A stretch of DNA of 64,000 nt from an uncultured Bacillota bacterium. Lineage in GTDB: Bacteria > Sysuimicrobiota > Sysuimicrobiia > Sysuimicrobiales > Segetimicrobiaceae. The notes under the pieces were generated by a model that was given only the letters and a program-made list of their open reading frames with translations, did not search any database and was not told where the DNA came from. The stretch is taken from assembly GCA_963804645.1 (NCBI GenBank), contig CAWDRG010000017.1, positions 192,001 to 256,000 of the forward strand. The letters run 5' to 3'. The position numbers and the translations under genes were made by a program. This document shows positions 29,445 to 38,534 of the stretch, in pieces. Position 1 is the stretch's first letter, and the number at the start of each line of letters is the position of its first letter.

Positions 29445-30821
29445 CTACTTGATGTAGCCCGCCTCCCGCATGTGCTGGGTGGTCTCGGTCGCGGCGCGGC
29501 TCACCGCCTGTTCGGGCGACTCGGTGCCGGCCAGCGCGGCGTTCAAGTGCGTGCCAAGGATCGTCTCGACCGCCGACCATTCGGTCGTGCGCGGGCGCCA
29601 GAACGGCGGCGTCGCCAGCGACGCGCTCATCGCCTGGAAAAACGGGTAGCGCTGGTTGAGCGACGGGTCGGTCAGGATCGATTTCCGCGACGGGATCCCG
29701 CCGGCCGCGGCGTACGGGCGCTGGACCGCGGCGCTCGTGGCCCACGTGATGAACCGGTAGGACCAGTCTTTCTGCCGGGCCGCCTGCGGGATGCCCATCA
29801 GCCAGTTCCCCATCATCGGCGTATGGCGCCGCGCGATGCCCATCGGAATCACCGTGTACCCCACCTTGTGCGCCACGGTGCTGACCAGCGGGTTTTCGAT
29901 GATGTCGGATGCTTCGGCCGGCCACACGGTGCTCTGGAGCGCGTGCCCGGTCGCGATGAGCCGCGAGCGGTCCGCGGCGTCCGTCGTGTCCGGACCCGGC
30001 TGCGCGACGGCCAGCAGCTGCCCGGCGAGAAACTTCACGGCGTTGACGGTGTCTGACGAGCTGAAGACCACGTTCCACTGACTGTCGAAGACATCCCCGC
30101 CGAACGCCCGCAGCATCGGGAACCAATCCGACATGATCGGGTTCCCCTTGGCGCCCCGGATCGCGTATCCGTAAAACTGATGGCCCTGGTTCTGGAACGT
30201 CGTGCCGTTCGCCAGCACCTGATCCCAGGTTTGCGGCGGGAGCGGCACGATGTCCTTACGGTACATGAACAGCTCGACGTTGCCGACCACCGTCAGCCCG
30301 TACAGGTGCCGGGCTTTGCTCGCCTCCCCCGGGGGGATCGGCCCGCTCGGGGGCGGCCACGTGCCGAGGTCGTAGACCACCGGAAAGATGTCCGGATCGC
30401 GCGCCATGTTGAACGGAGAGGCGTCCAGCGGAGCCAACCAGCCCTCGGACCCAAACTTCGGCATCCAGGGGTCGTCCAGCATGACGAGGTCGAACGTCGC
30501 GGCGTTGGCCTGAAACGCCGTCGTCAGTTTCTCGTAGAGGCTGGCGTACGGATACTCGATCAGGTTCAACTGGACCCCGGTCGTCCGGTTCCAGATCGGC
30601 GCGATCGCCTTGAGTCCGCGGGTTTCGACGCCGGCGACGACGCCCACGTTCAGGACCTTCGGCTTTGGCGCCGCCACCGTGATCGACGCGACCAGGTCAC
30701 CGAACGTGCCTGCGCCGGCGGCCGCGCCGGCAAGCCCGGCGGCTGTGGTCGCGAGCCATCGCCGCCTCGTGAGCGTCCGCCGAGGCTGCGGAGCGTGCCG
30801 GTCTGCTCGTACGGGCTTCAT
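29445..30821 (-). CDS. Sugar ABC transporter substrate-binding protein, Tat-exported
   Basis: Twin-arginine signal TRRRWL, FDLVMLDDPW, MYRKD, PQTWD. Confidence 0.92.
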   Translation of the reverse strand: MKPVRADRHAPQPRRTLTRRRWLATTAAGLAGAAAGAGTFGDLVASITVAAPKPKVLNVGVVAGVETRGLKAIAPIWNRTTGVQLNLIEYPYASLYEKLTTAFQANAATFDLVMLDDPWMPKFGSEGWLAPLDASPFNMARDPDIFPVVYDLGTWPPPSGPIPPGEASKARHLYGLTVVGNVELFMYRKDIVPLPPQTWDQVLANGTTFQNQGHQFYGYAIRGAKGNPIMSDWFPMLRAFGGDVFDSQWNVVFSSSDTVNAVKFLAGQLLAVAQPGPDTTDAADRSRLIATGHALQSTVWPAEASDIIENPLVSTVAHKVGYTVIPMGIARRHTPMMGNWLMGIPQAARQKDWSYRFITWATSAAVQRPYAAAGGIPSRKSILTDPSLNQRYPFFQAMSASLATPPFWRPRTTEWSAVETILGTHLNAALAGTESPEQAVSRAATETTQHMREAGYIK

Positions 30822-30891
30822 GGATTCCTCTCCCGTCTCGCCGTCATCTCGACGCGGTCGATGGCACCCGGTTCGTCGCGCCGGCCGGACC

Positions 30892-32064
30892 TCAGGCCAT
30901 CTTGATCATCACTTTGCCGTCCTGGCGCTTGCTGGCCTTCTCGACGGCCGCGTTCGCCTGCGCGAGCGGAAACCGGCTCGTGATGATGGGGCGAAGATCC
31001 ACCCGCCCCGACGCCATCAGGCGAATGACGTTCTGGAACGTCCCGTACCCGGAGTGCCCCTGCGCCCCGTACACCTGCGCCGCGTGCGTCTGAAAGCTCT
31101 CGAGGTACATCGGCGCGCGCTCCGCGGCCCGCCCGATGATCACGATCTTCCCGCCGATCGCCAGCGCCTGCTCCATCTCCGGGACGGTCCGGTTCATCGC
31201 TCCCGCCGCTTCCACCTGGAGATCGGCGCCGGCGCCGTGGCTCGCGTCCATCAACACCTCGTGCGGGCTGCTCCCGGCTTTCTCAAGCTCGACCGGACTG
31301 TGGACTTCGTCCGCGCCAACCTTCTTCGCCAATTCCTGCCGGAACGGGCTCACCTCAAACGCCACCACTTTGCTGGCCCCGGCGGCGCGGGCCAGCGCGA
31401 TCGCCGCGAATCCGATCGGCCCGGTACCGTAGACCGCCACGATCCCGCCCGGCTTGAACCCTTCCGCCCGCACGAACATCCCGTTGTAGGCGACGCTCGT
31501 CGGCTCGCACAGCGCTCCGGCCTCGAACCCGGCCTCGGCGGTGCCGTAGGTCGTCATCAGCGCGCCGATCGGCCAGCAGTACTTCGCGCCCACGACAAGC
31601 TGATCGGCCATCGCGCCCGGAATCGTGAATCCGATTTCCTCCAAATTCAGGCACTGGTTCGGCCAACCGTTCCGGCACGGCACACACTCCCCGCACCAGA
31701 TCATCTCCTCCACGGTCACCGGATCCCCGACCCGCAGATCCTGCACCGCCGGGCCGGCCTCGACCACCTCGCCGCTGAACTCGTGCCCGATGATCGTCGG
31801 GAACTTCGTCAGCCCCGGGTAGAGCATGTACCCGTCGGGGTCGGTCTCGTAGAAGTGCACGTCCGACCCGCAGACGCCGCACGCCCGCGGGCGCAGCCGC
31901 ACCTCCTTGGGCCCGAGCGGCCCCTCGGCGACGTCCACGAACCGCAGTTTCGGATGCCGCCAGACGCTGTTGCCCGTGACGGCCTTGCCGGTTCGGCGCT
32001 CGAACTCCGACACACGATATCCTGTCCGCGGCTCCCAGGCCGCCTCAACCGCAAGCCCTTTCAT
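30892..32064 (-). CDS. iolM: Zn-dependent dehydrogenase, scyllo-inosose 3-dehydrogenase IolM-like
   Basis: CGVCGSD, GHEFSG, structural Zn Cys cluster (CGECVPC...C), GTGPIG. Its N-terminal extension and GAQGHSG match my recollection of the Thermotoga IolM family; adjacent to iolN. Confidence 0.8.
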   Translation of the reverse strand: MKGLAVEAAWEPRTGYRVSEFERRTGKAVTGNSVWRHPKLRFVDVAEGPLGPKEVRLRPRACGVCGSDVHFYETDPDGYMLYPGLTKFPTIIGHEFSGEVVEAGPAVQDLRVGDPVTVEEMIWCGECVPCRNGWPNQCLNLEEIGFTIPGAMADQLVVGAKYCWPIGALMTTYGTAEAGFEAGALCEPTSVAYNGMFVRAEGFKPGGIVAVYGTGPIGFAAIALARAAGASKVVAFEVSPFRQELAKKVGADEVHSPVELEKAGSSPHEVLMDASHGAGADLQVEAAGAMNRTVPEMEQALAIGGKIVIIGRAAERAPMYLESFQTHAAQVYGAQGHSGYGTFQNVIRLMASGRVDLRPIITSRFPLAQANAAVEKASKRQDGKVMIKMA

Positions 32065-32138
32065 CGTCTCCCCACCTTCCTTCGTCGCGTCCGTCGCGTC
32101 GGCCCGAGCGCTCCGCGCGACGCGTACCGCGGGTTCCC

Positions 32139-33245
32139 CTAGCGCTGTCCCAGCATGGGCAGCGCGTAGACCGGCTTCCACCCCGGGCTCAGGGGCTCTT
32201 TCAAGAACGGCTCCAGCTCTTTGGGATCCCGGAAGCTGATCTGGTCGATCGGCGGCAGCTTTCCGGGCGGGAACGCCGCAAGGATCTCGTCCTGCACCAG
32301 CGTCAGATAGCGGAGGATCGCCGCGAGCGGCCGCTTGGCCTTGCGGGCCTCCCCGTGCGTGGCGAGCCCGACGACGCCCTCGGGCGTGCCGGCGATCTCG
32401 ATCGCGGCGTGGCCCTCCCCCTCGCTCCACCGGTGCGGCCGGCGGTACGCGTCGACGGACGTGTCGAAGTGTCCGCCGGGGAGGAACGACACCGACTGCG
32501 TGTCGACCGCGTAGGCCATGTCCACCATGTTCGGCGTCAGATAAAGCGACAGCGAGGTCTCCGACTCGTCCGCGTGGACGAACGGCGTGTCGAAAATGCC
32601 TCCCTGCTCCTTCGTCCGGAAGAACTCCCGGACGCCCCGGTGCCAGTCCAGCACCCGAAAGATGCCGGGCAGCTGGTACCGCTTGCAGAACTCCTGCACG
32701 GCCGACTCCAGCACCCACAGCATGCCGTGGTTGTTGATCATGATCTGCTTGCGGAACCCGTCGTTCCAGAGCCCGAGCATCACGTCGATCAGCAGCTCGC
32801 GCACGACCTCTTCCCGAACGATCACGGTCCCCGGCATCCCGAGGTGGTGGTACGGGTGGCCGCCGTAGTTGAGCGGAGGCAGCGCGAGCGCGACGGGCGC
32901 GCCGCGCTTCTCCGTGTACCGGCGCACGCCCTCGCAGATCATGCTGCAGTACAAGGTGTCCGCCGCGCTCACCATGTGCCTGCCGTGGTTCTCGGTGCAC
33001 CCCAGCGGAATCAGGACGACGTCGTTCTTCCGGCGATTCGCCTCCAGCCGATGGCGCACCGTCGTCTGAATGTACGCGCCGGGCGTCGCCCACTCGCACG
33101 ATGAGGGGGGCATGCCGTACTCCGCCAGAATCGCATCGATTTCAGCGTCCGTCGCGTCCCAGATCTCCCGCTTGGCCCGTCCCACCGCGTTGTCTTCGAA
33201 CAGCGGGTCCGTTGGATACTGGCGTGTCCCCTTCGGCGTCGGCAT
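32139..33245 (-). CDS. iolN: Creatininase-family hydrolase, 3-dehydro-scyllo-inosose hydrolase IolN-like
   Basis: PLGCTENHG.H, DT, INNHG, HADESETS creatininase-fold ligands; FEDN..GR.K..IWDA N-terminus; RBS GGAGGA. Confidence 0.8.
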   Translation of the reverse strand: MPTPKGTRQYPTDPLFEDNAVGRAKREIWDATDAEIDAILAEYGMPPSSCEWATPGAYIQTTVRHRLEANRRKNDVVLIPLGCTENHGRHMVSAADTLYCSMICEGVRRYTEKRGAPVALALPPLNYGGHPYHHLGMPGTVIVREEVVRELLIDVMLGLWNDGFRKQIMINNHGMLWVLESAVQEFCKRYQLPGIFRVLDWHRGVREFFRTKEQGGIFDTPFVHADESETSLSLYLTPNMVDMAYAVDTQSVSFLPGGHFDTSVDAYRRPHRWSEGEGHAAIEIAGTPEGVVGLATHGEARKAKRPLAAILRYLTLVQDEILAAFPPGKLPPIDQISFRDPKELEPFLKEPLSPGWKPVYALPMLGQR

Positions 33246-33278
33246 CGTCGTCGTTCCTCCCATGTGAGTATCGTCTCC

Positions 33279-33288
33279 GAACCGGTTC
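33279..33288. promoter_or_regulatory. Palindromic operator candidate GAACCGGTTC (LacI-like) in the iol promoter
   Basis: Perfect 10-bp palindrome with a central CG, just upstream of a minus-strand GATACT -10-like hexamer at 33267-33272. Confidence 0.5.
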
Positions 33289-33462
33289 ACTCCGAACTCC
33301 AGCACCGGGCCGGCGGCACACACGCCGCGGCGCCTGCAAACACGAAGCGCGTCGGGCGCGGCACTCCTCCGCGTCCCGACCGCGCGTCTGCGTTCTTCCC
33401 TTCGTCGAGCCGCCGGAGGTTCCTGGTCGCGGCCCGCGCCGAAGGGCGCGCCGGCTCGGCCG

Positions 33463-34020
33463 CTAGGGCGTCCGCTGGACCACGTGAAACGTCCCGATGA
33501 TCTGCGTGATCACCGGGAAATCGTCGTGCACGTGCTGCGCGTCCTTCAGCGTGGACCCCGTCACGATCCATCCGACCAGCCCTTCCGTAAAGTACACCTG
33601 CACGCCATAGAGCGCCGGGCGATTTTGGGGCGTCCACGTGAAATAGACGAAATGCGCCGGGCGCCCGGCGACGGTCGCGTCGCCTTCCTGCATCAGCGTG
33701 TAGCCGGGGAAATAGCCCCGCCGGTAGCCCGACAAGTCCTGCGCAAACTTTGTCGGGGACGCGGCGTTGATCAGGCTGTTCGTCTGAACGGTGACCGTCG
33801 GGGCGAAACCCGCGCGCTGCGGCCCCTCCACTACGATCAGCAAGCCGGGATCCTGCGGCCCCCGCGCAAACGGCGGACGCCAGTCCGGGGGAATGGTGAT
33901 CATGTACCGGCCGTGCGGATCGGTCACGACCTGGTCTTGGGCGGGGACGGCCGCGGACGCGGCCGCCGCCATCCACAGCGCGACTCCGCACACCGCGATT
34001 GTGACCACCCGCGCCCTCAT
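33463..34020 (-). CDS. Exported hypothetical protein (PsbP/DcrB-like)
   Basis: Signal peptide ending in AAASA; YMITIPPDW and a C-terminal 'F..I..I..TF' pattern typical of the PsbP-like fold. Confidence 0.7.
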   Translation of the reverse strand: MRARVVTIAVCGVALWMAAAASAAVPAQDQVVTDPHGRYMITIPPDWRPPFARGPQDPGLLIVVEGPQRAGFAPTVTVQTNSLINAASPTKFAQDLSGYRRGYFPGYTLMQEGDATVAGRPAHFVYFTWTPQNRPALYGVQVYFTEGLVGWIVTGSTLKDAQHVHDDFPVITQIIGTFHVVQRTP

Positions 34021-34117
34021 GCACGCTCCCCCGTTTCCCGAGTCCGGCGGCGCCGTCACCCGATCACACGCCGGACGGGCGGCGCGGCGAACGGCCGCGA
34101 CGCCGCGTGCGAGCGAA

Positions 34118-34457
34118 CTGGGAGCAGGCCTATAAGCCGGGTTCTGTCGCGTGCGGCCATCTCTCTGGGACGCCGGTTGCCCGGCGCCTCTAGCAGTCTA
34201 CCCGGGGATCGGCGGGCCGCCTCATCTCCCCCTACGTGACCTTGCTCCGGGTGGGGTTTGCCTAGCCGGCCGGTCGCCCGGCCGCTGGTGCGCTCTTACC
34301 GCACCGTTGCACCCTTACCTCCGCGAGGAGGCGGTATGTTTCTGTGGCACTATCCTCGGGGTCACCCCCACTGGGTGTTACCCAGCACCCTGCCCTATGG
34401 AGCCCGGACTTTCCTCGAGCGCGGAACCGCGCCCGCGGCCGCCCGGCCTGCTCCCAG
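34118..34457 (-). ncRNA. rnpB: RNase P RNA, bacterial class A
   Basis: Minus strand has the universal GAGGAAAGTCCGGGCTCC and GACAGAACCCGGCTTAT segments. Its ends are complementary (GGGAGCAGGCC / GGCCTGCTCCC), forming P1. Confidence 0.97.
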
Positions 34458-34460
34458 ATC

Positions 34461-34469
34461 ATGCTAACA
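34461..34469 (-). promoter_or_regulatory. Extended -10 promoter of rnpB (TG-T-TAGCAT)
   Basis: TGTTAGCAT a few nt before the predicted 5' end of rnpB. Confidence 0.55.
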
Positions 34470-34592
34470 CGGCCGCCACTCGCGTTCAACGCCGCCCGCA
34501 GGCGGGCACGGCGCCGGCCTCTAACCATGCCCGCGGCCGGCATCGCCGGCCGACGCGGAGGTCGCCACCCGCGATCAGAGGAGGGACACACC

Positions 34593-34976
34593 ATGGGACG
34601 CGAGAGCGTGACGGTGACGGGAGTCCACAAGACGACGGGATATTCACACGCCGCCAAGGCGGGCCAGCTGGTCTTTGCGGCCGGACAAGTCGCCCAGGAT
34701 CGGGACGGCAATCTCGTCGGCCGCGGCGACATCGAGGCGCAGGCGGTGCAGGTATTTGAAAATCTTCAAGCCGTGCTCCACGCCGCCGGCGCGACGCTGA
34801 ACGATGTGGTGAAGCTGACCACGTACACGACGAACATCGCGTACCGCGCCAAGATCGCCGAGGTGCGCGCCCGCTACTTCACCTCGTACTTTCCCCCCAA
34901 CACCTTCATCGTCGTCGCCAGTCTCGCCACGCCGGACTACCTGCTGGAGATCGAGGCGGTCGCCGCGTGCCCCTGA
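34593..34976 (+). CDS. RidA/YjgF family protein
   Basis: GYSHA, FAAGQVA, DVVKLT, LLEIEAVA; RBS GAGGAGGGA. Confidence 0.93.
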   Translation: MGRESVTVTGVHKTTGYSHAAKAGQLVFAAGQVAQDRDGNLVGRGDIEAQAVQVFENLQAVLHAAGATLNDVVKLTTYTTNIAYRAKIAEVRARYFTSYFPPNTFIVVASLATPDYLLEIEAVAACP

Positions 34977-35009
34977 GCGCGCGCCGCGCGGGCCGTCGGG
35001 GCCGCCGCC

Positions 35010-35996
35010 TTAGACCACCAGCTCTTCCTCGCCCCGGACCACGGTGATCTCGCCCGACTCCTCGAGCGCGCGGACGACCGCCACGATCGACCGCCGCGCG
35101 TTCTCCACGTCGCGGACGCGCGTCGCGCCCATCAGCTCCATCTCTTCCTTCACGACCTCCTGGGCGCGCTGGCTCAGGTTCTGCAGCATCTTGTCGCGGA
35201 TGTCCTCCTGCGCGCCCTTCAGCGCGGTGGCCACCACCTTGTGCTCTACGTCCCGCAGCACGCGCTGCAGCGTCGCGTCGCTCAGCATCAGCAGGTCGTC
35301 GAAGACGAAGAGCAGCGCCTTGACCTCCTCCACCAGCGCGGGGTCCCGCTTCTCCAGCTCACCGAGGATGGCCCGCTCCGAGTCGCGGTCGACGCGGGTG
35401 ATGATGTCGACCAGGGTCTTCACCCCGCCGGCCGGTTCCGCGGTCACCGGCATCACGACGACGATCTTCTTCTCGAGCGCGTGCTCGACGCGGCGCAGTA
35501 GCTCGGGGCTCACCGGCTGCGTCCGCGCGATCCGGTGGGCGAGGTCTGCCTTGACCGCCACCGACATGGCCTGCAGCGCCTTGCCGGCGACGTCGCTCGG
35601 GAGGTAGGACAGCGCCAGCGCCGCGGCCTGCGGATGCTCGTCCTGCAGCACGCGCGCGATCTGCTCGGGCCGCGCCCGCCGCATCCGGTCGAACATCGCG
35701 CTCTGCTTCGGCATCAGCTGCGCCAGCATGTCCTCGGCGCGCTGCGTCCCGACGGCGCCCTGCAGCAGCTCGCGGTAGTACGACATCCCGCCGCTCCCGC
35801 CTATCACCGTGGACTTCCCAAACTCCTTCAGGACCGCCTCCCGCTCCACGCCGGGCGCGTCGCCGGCCGCCATCATCTCCGCGAGGAGCGGCGCGACGTC
35901 GTCCTCGTTGAGGTACTTGAGGACCTGCGCCGCCACGTCGCTCGGCAGCATCAACATGAAGATCGCCGCTTTGCGTCTGCCGGAGGGTTCAGACAT
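35010..35996 (-). CDS. fliG: Flagellar motor switch protein FliG (stand-alone copy)
   Basis: GRRKAAIFM, GG..Y, EHPQ, GGVKTLVDI, LFVFDDL, NLSQRA, RVRDVE, LEESGEI. Confidence 0.93.
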   Translation of the reverse strand: MSEPSGRRKAAIFMLMLPSDVAAQVLKYLNEDDVAPLLAEMMAAGDAPGVEREAVLKEFGKSTVIGGSGGMSYYRELLQGAVGTQRAEDMLAQLMPKQSAMFDRMRRARPEQIARVLQDEHPQAAALALSYLPSDVAGKALQAMSVAVKADLAHRIARTQPVSPELLRRVEHALEKKIVVVMPVTAEPAGGVKTLVDIITRVDRDSERAILGELEKRDPALVEEVKALLFVFDDLLMLSDATLQRVLRDVEHKVVATALKGAQEDIRDKMLQNLSQRAQEVVKEEMELMGATRVRDVENARRSIVAVVRALEESGEITVVRGEEELVV

Positions 35997-36227
35997 TTGT
36001 GTCTCCCTGTCCGCCGGACCGCCCGCGGACGTCGGTGGGCGCGGCCGCCCCGGGGCCGTGGGGCCGGAATCCCGGGCGGCTGCCGATGGCGTGAGGGGTC
36101 GCGTATCGCTCCATGCAGCCACAGCGTACGCGCTGTGGGGCGGGGCTCGCAATGGGACTTTCAGGGGACGCGATCCGCGTAGGCGGAACGACCTACGCCG
36201 GGAGAACCGACCGCGGCGCGGCCGGCG

Positions 36228-37325
36228 CTACTGAGGGCGCCCGTCCGCGCGGGCCGGCAGCGTGAACCGGATCACAGTTCCGCGGCCGGGGACGCTCTCG
36301 GCGGAGATCTCGCCGCCGTGCGCCCGGACGAGGCCGCGGGCGATCGCGAGGCCGAGGCCCGTTCCGCGAGACTCCGGCGTTTTGTAAAAACGGTCGAACA
36401 CGTGTGGGAGGTCGGCCGCCGCGATCCCCCGCCCCGTATCCTCGACCGACACCGCGACGCCGCCGTCCGCCGGATCGCACCGCACGAACACCGTTCCGCC
36501 TCCCGGCGTGTAGCGCAGCGCGTTCGCCAGCAGGTTGCGCAGCACTTGGCGGATGCGCTCCGGGTCGATCTCGACCGCGGGCACGCCCGACGCCGCCTCC
36601 TCGATGAGCGTGACCCCGGCGTCCGCCGCCTGGCCACGGAAGGAATCGACCACCTCGCGGACGAGCGACGGCATGTCCGTCGGGGTGCGTTCCAACCGCA
36701 ACTCGAGGCTCTCGCTCAGCGTCAGCGTGCGCAGGTCTTCGACGAGGCGCGTCAGGACCTGCGTCTCCTCGAGCGCCACCCGTACATGCGCGGGGTCCCG
36801 GGGATAGACGCCGTCGAGCATGCCTTCGAGCTGTCCCTGCAGGATCGAGAGGGGGGTGCGCAGCTCGTGCGAGATATCGGTCAGCAGCGCGCGGCGCTGC
36901 GCGTCCTGCCGCTCGAGCCGCTCAGCCATCGTGTTGAACGCGCGCACCAGGCTGCGGACCTCGGCCGATCCACGCTCGCGGGCGCGGGCCGCGTAATCTC
37001 CGTCCGCGACGCGGCCGAGCGCCTGAATCAGGTCGGCGATCGGGACGGCGAGGCGGCTGAATGCCCGGTACGCCATCAGCGCGACCGCGACGGCGAGCGC
37101 GCCCATGACCGCTGAAAGATGTCGGACAGGCACGACCGACACGGCGGCAACCGCGAGGATCACAACCGCGGCGAGGAAGGCGAGCGCGCGCCAGAGGAAG
37201 TGGCGCCGCGCGCGCCGCCAGACACGGGGGCCGGGCGGCCCGACCGGCGGCCAGGGTTCGTCGTCCGGCCACCACCGCGGGCGCCCGCGGCGCCAGGGGC
37301 CAGTCCCGCAGCCGGCCGGGCTCAT
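36228..37325 (-). CDS. HAMP-domain sensor histidine kinase (BaeS-like)
   Basis: Two TMs, HAMP, ISHELRTPL H-box, NLLANALRYT, DTGRGI, FDRFYK, GTGLGLAI. Confidence 0.95.
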   Translation of the reverse strand: MSPAGCGTGPWRRGRPRWWPDDEPWPPVGPPGPRVWRRARRHFLWRALAFLAAVVILAVAAVSVVPVRHLSAVMGALAVAVALMAYRAFSRLAVPIADLIQALGRVADGDYAARARERGSAEVRSLVRAFNTMAERLERQDAQRRALLTDISHELRTPLSILQGQLEGMLDGVYPRDPAHVRVALEETQVLTRLVEDLRTLTLSESLELRLERTPTDMPSLVREVVDSFRGQAADAGVTLIEEAASGVPAVEIDPERIRQVLRNLLANALRYTPGGGTVFVRCDPADGGVAVSVEDTGRGIAAADLPHVFDRFYKTPESRGTGLGLAIARGLVRAHGGEISAESVPGRGTVIRFTLPARADGRPQ

Positions 37326-38009
37326 ACGTCCGCGAGCTTGTAGCCGATGCCGTGCACCGCGAGCACGTAGCGCGGCGCGTGCGGCTCGGGCTCGAGCTTG
37401 CGGCGGATGTTCTTGATGTGCGAGTCGATCGCGCGCTCGTAGGATTCGAGGGCGACGCCGCGCACCGCCTCCAGCAGCTGTCCGCGGGTGAACACGCGCC
37501 CCGGCTGCCGCGCGAGCACGGCGAGCAGTTCAAACTCCGTCGGGGTGAGCGCGAGCACGCGTCCGGCGAGGGTCGCCTGCATCCGCGGCACGTCGAGCGT
37601 GAGGTCGCCCGCGCGGACGAGCTCCGTGCCGGCGCGCGCGCCGTCCCACCGCCGCAGGACGGCGCGCACGCGCGCCACCAGCTCCTTTGGGCTGAACGGC
37701 TTGACGATGTAATCGTCCGCGCCGAGCTCGAGGCCGACCAGACGGTCGGCCTCGTCGGCCCGCGCGGTCAACATGATGATCGGCACCTCGGACTCCCGCC
37801 GGAGCGTGCGCGCGACGTCGAGCCCGTCCATCTCTGGCAGCGCGAGATCCAGCACGACGAGATCGGGCCGCGCGGCCCGGGCCGCGGCGAGCGCCGCCGG
37901 GCCGTCCCCGGCGGTCGAGCACGCGGAATCCCGCGCGCGCGAGGTAGTCGCGCGCGATCTCGACAATCCTGGGCTCGTCGTCGACGACGAGGACCGTCCG
38001 GGCTCCCAC
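37322..38009 (-). CDS. OmpR-family response regulator with a single frameshift at about 37916
   Basis: VLVVDDEPRIVEIARDYL in one frame continues as TAGDG...DLVVLDLALP...GADDYIVKPFS plus a wHTH in another; removing one base restores the frame. Confidence 0.85.
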
Positions 38010-38011
38010 CG

Positions 38012-38389
38012 CTACACCGTGCCGGTGCTCCCGGTCGATTCGTGCGCGCGGCGGTGCCATTCTTCCAGCCACCGCGGCCCGCCGCCGCGCGGCCCGCACG
38101 ACCCGCCCCACCGCATCGACCGCCGCAGCAGCGCGACGACCAGCACGATCAGCAGGATCGGCCAGACCAGGCCGACGATCCCGAAGCCGAACGGTCCGTG
38201 CCACGGCGCCGCGTACGGATACCCTGGATACGCCCCGTACGGATAGACCGGCGCCGCCCCCGTGCCGGACCGGGTCGCCACGCTCGCGACGCCCTGCGCC
38301 ACCCCGAGATTGTACGCGTAGTTGGCGATGCCGGACACGCCCGCCGCCACGGCCAAGACGATCACAATCCCCACCACCACCCGTCTCAT
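38012..38389 (-). CDS. Small membrane protein at the head of the two-component operon
   Basis: RBS GAGGAGGT; two hydrophobic segments, Pro/Tyr-rich linker, C-terminal EEWHRRAH. Confidence 0.8.
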   Translation of the reverse strand: MRRVVVGIVIVLAVAAGVSGIANYAYNLGVAQGVASVATRSGTGAAPVYPYGAYPGYPYAAPWHGPFGFGIVGLVWPILLIVLVVALLRRSMRWGGSCGPRGGGPRWLEEWHRRAHESTGSTGTV

Positions 38390-38438
38390 CCTCGTACCTC
38401 CTCTCAACGTTCCCGCAGGTCCAGGATGACGGGGACAC

Positions 38439-38487
38439 GTGGAGCCGTGATAGAGCAGTTGTGGAGAGAGTGTGGAGGGATGTGGAG
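38439..38487. promoter_or_regulatory. Tandem direct-repeat operator, GTGGAG x4 plus ATAGAG, period 11/11/11/10
   Basis: Boxes start at 38439, 38450, 38461, 38472 and 38482, upstream of the two-component operon. Confidence 0.7.
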
Positions 38488-38534
38488 CGGGCCGCCCCGA
38501 GCGGCGCCGCCGGGAGCCGTGCGGCGCGCGGAGG

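Noticed and set aside
34344..34592. ORFs overlapping rnpB and an N-terminal extension of RidA
   Set aside because: The region is explained by RNase P RNA and its promoter; RidA has its own SD and ATG at 34593.
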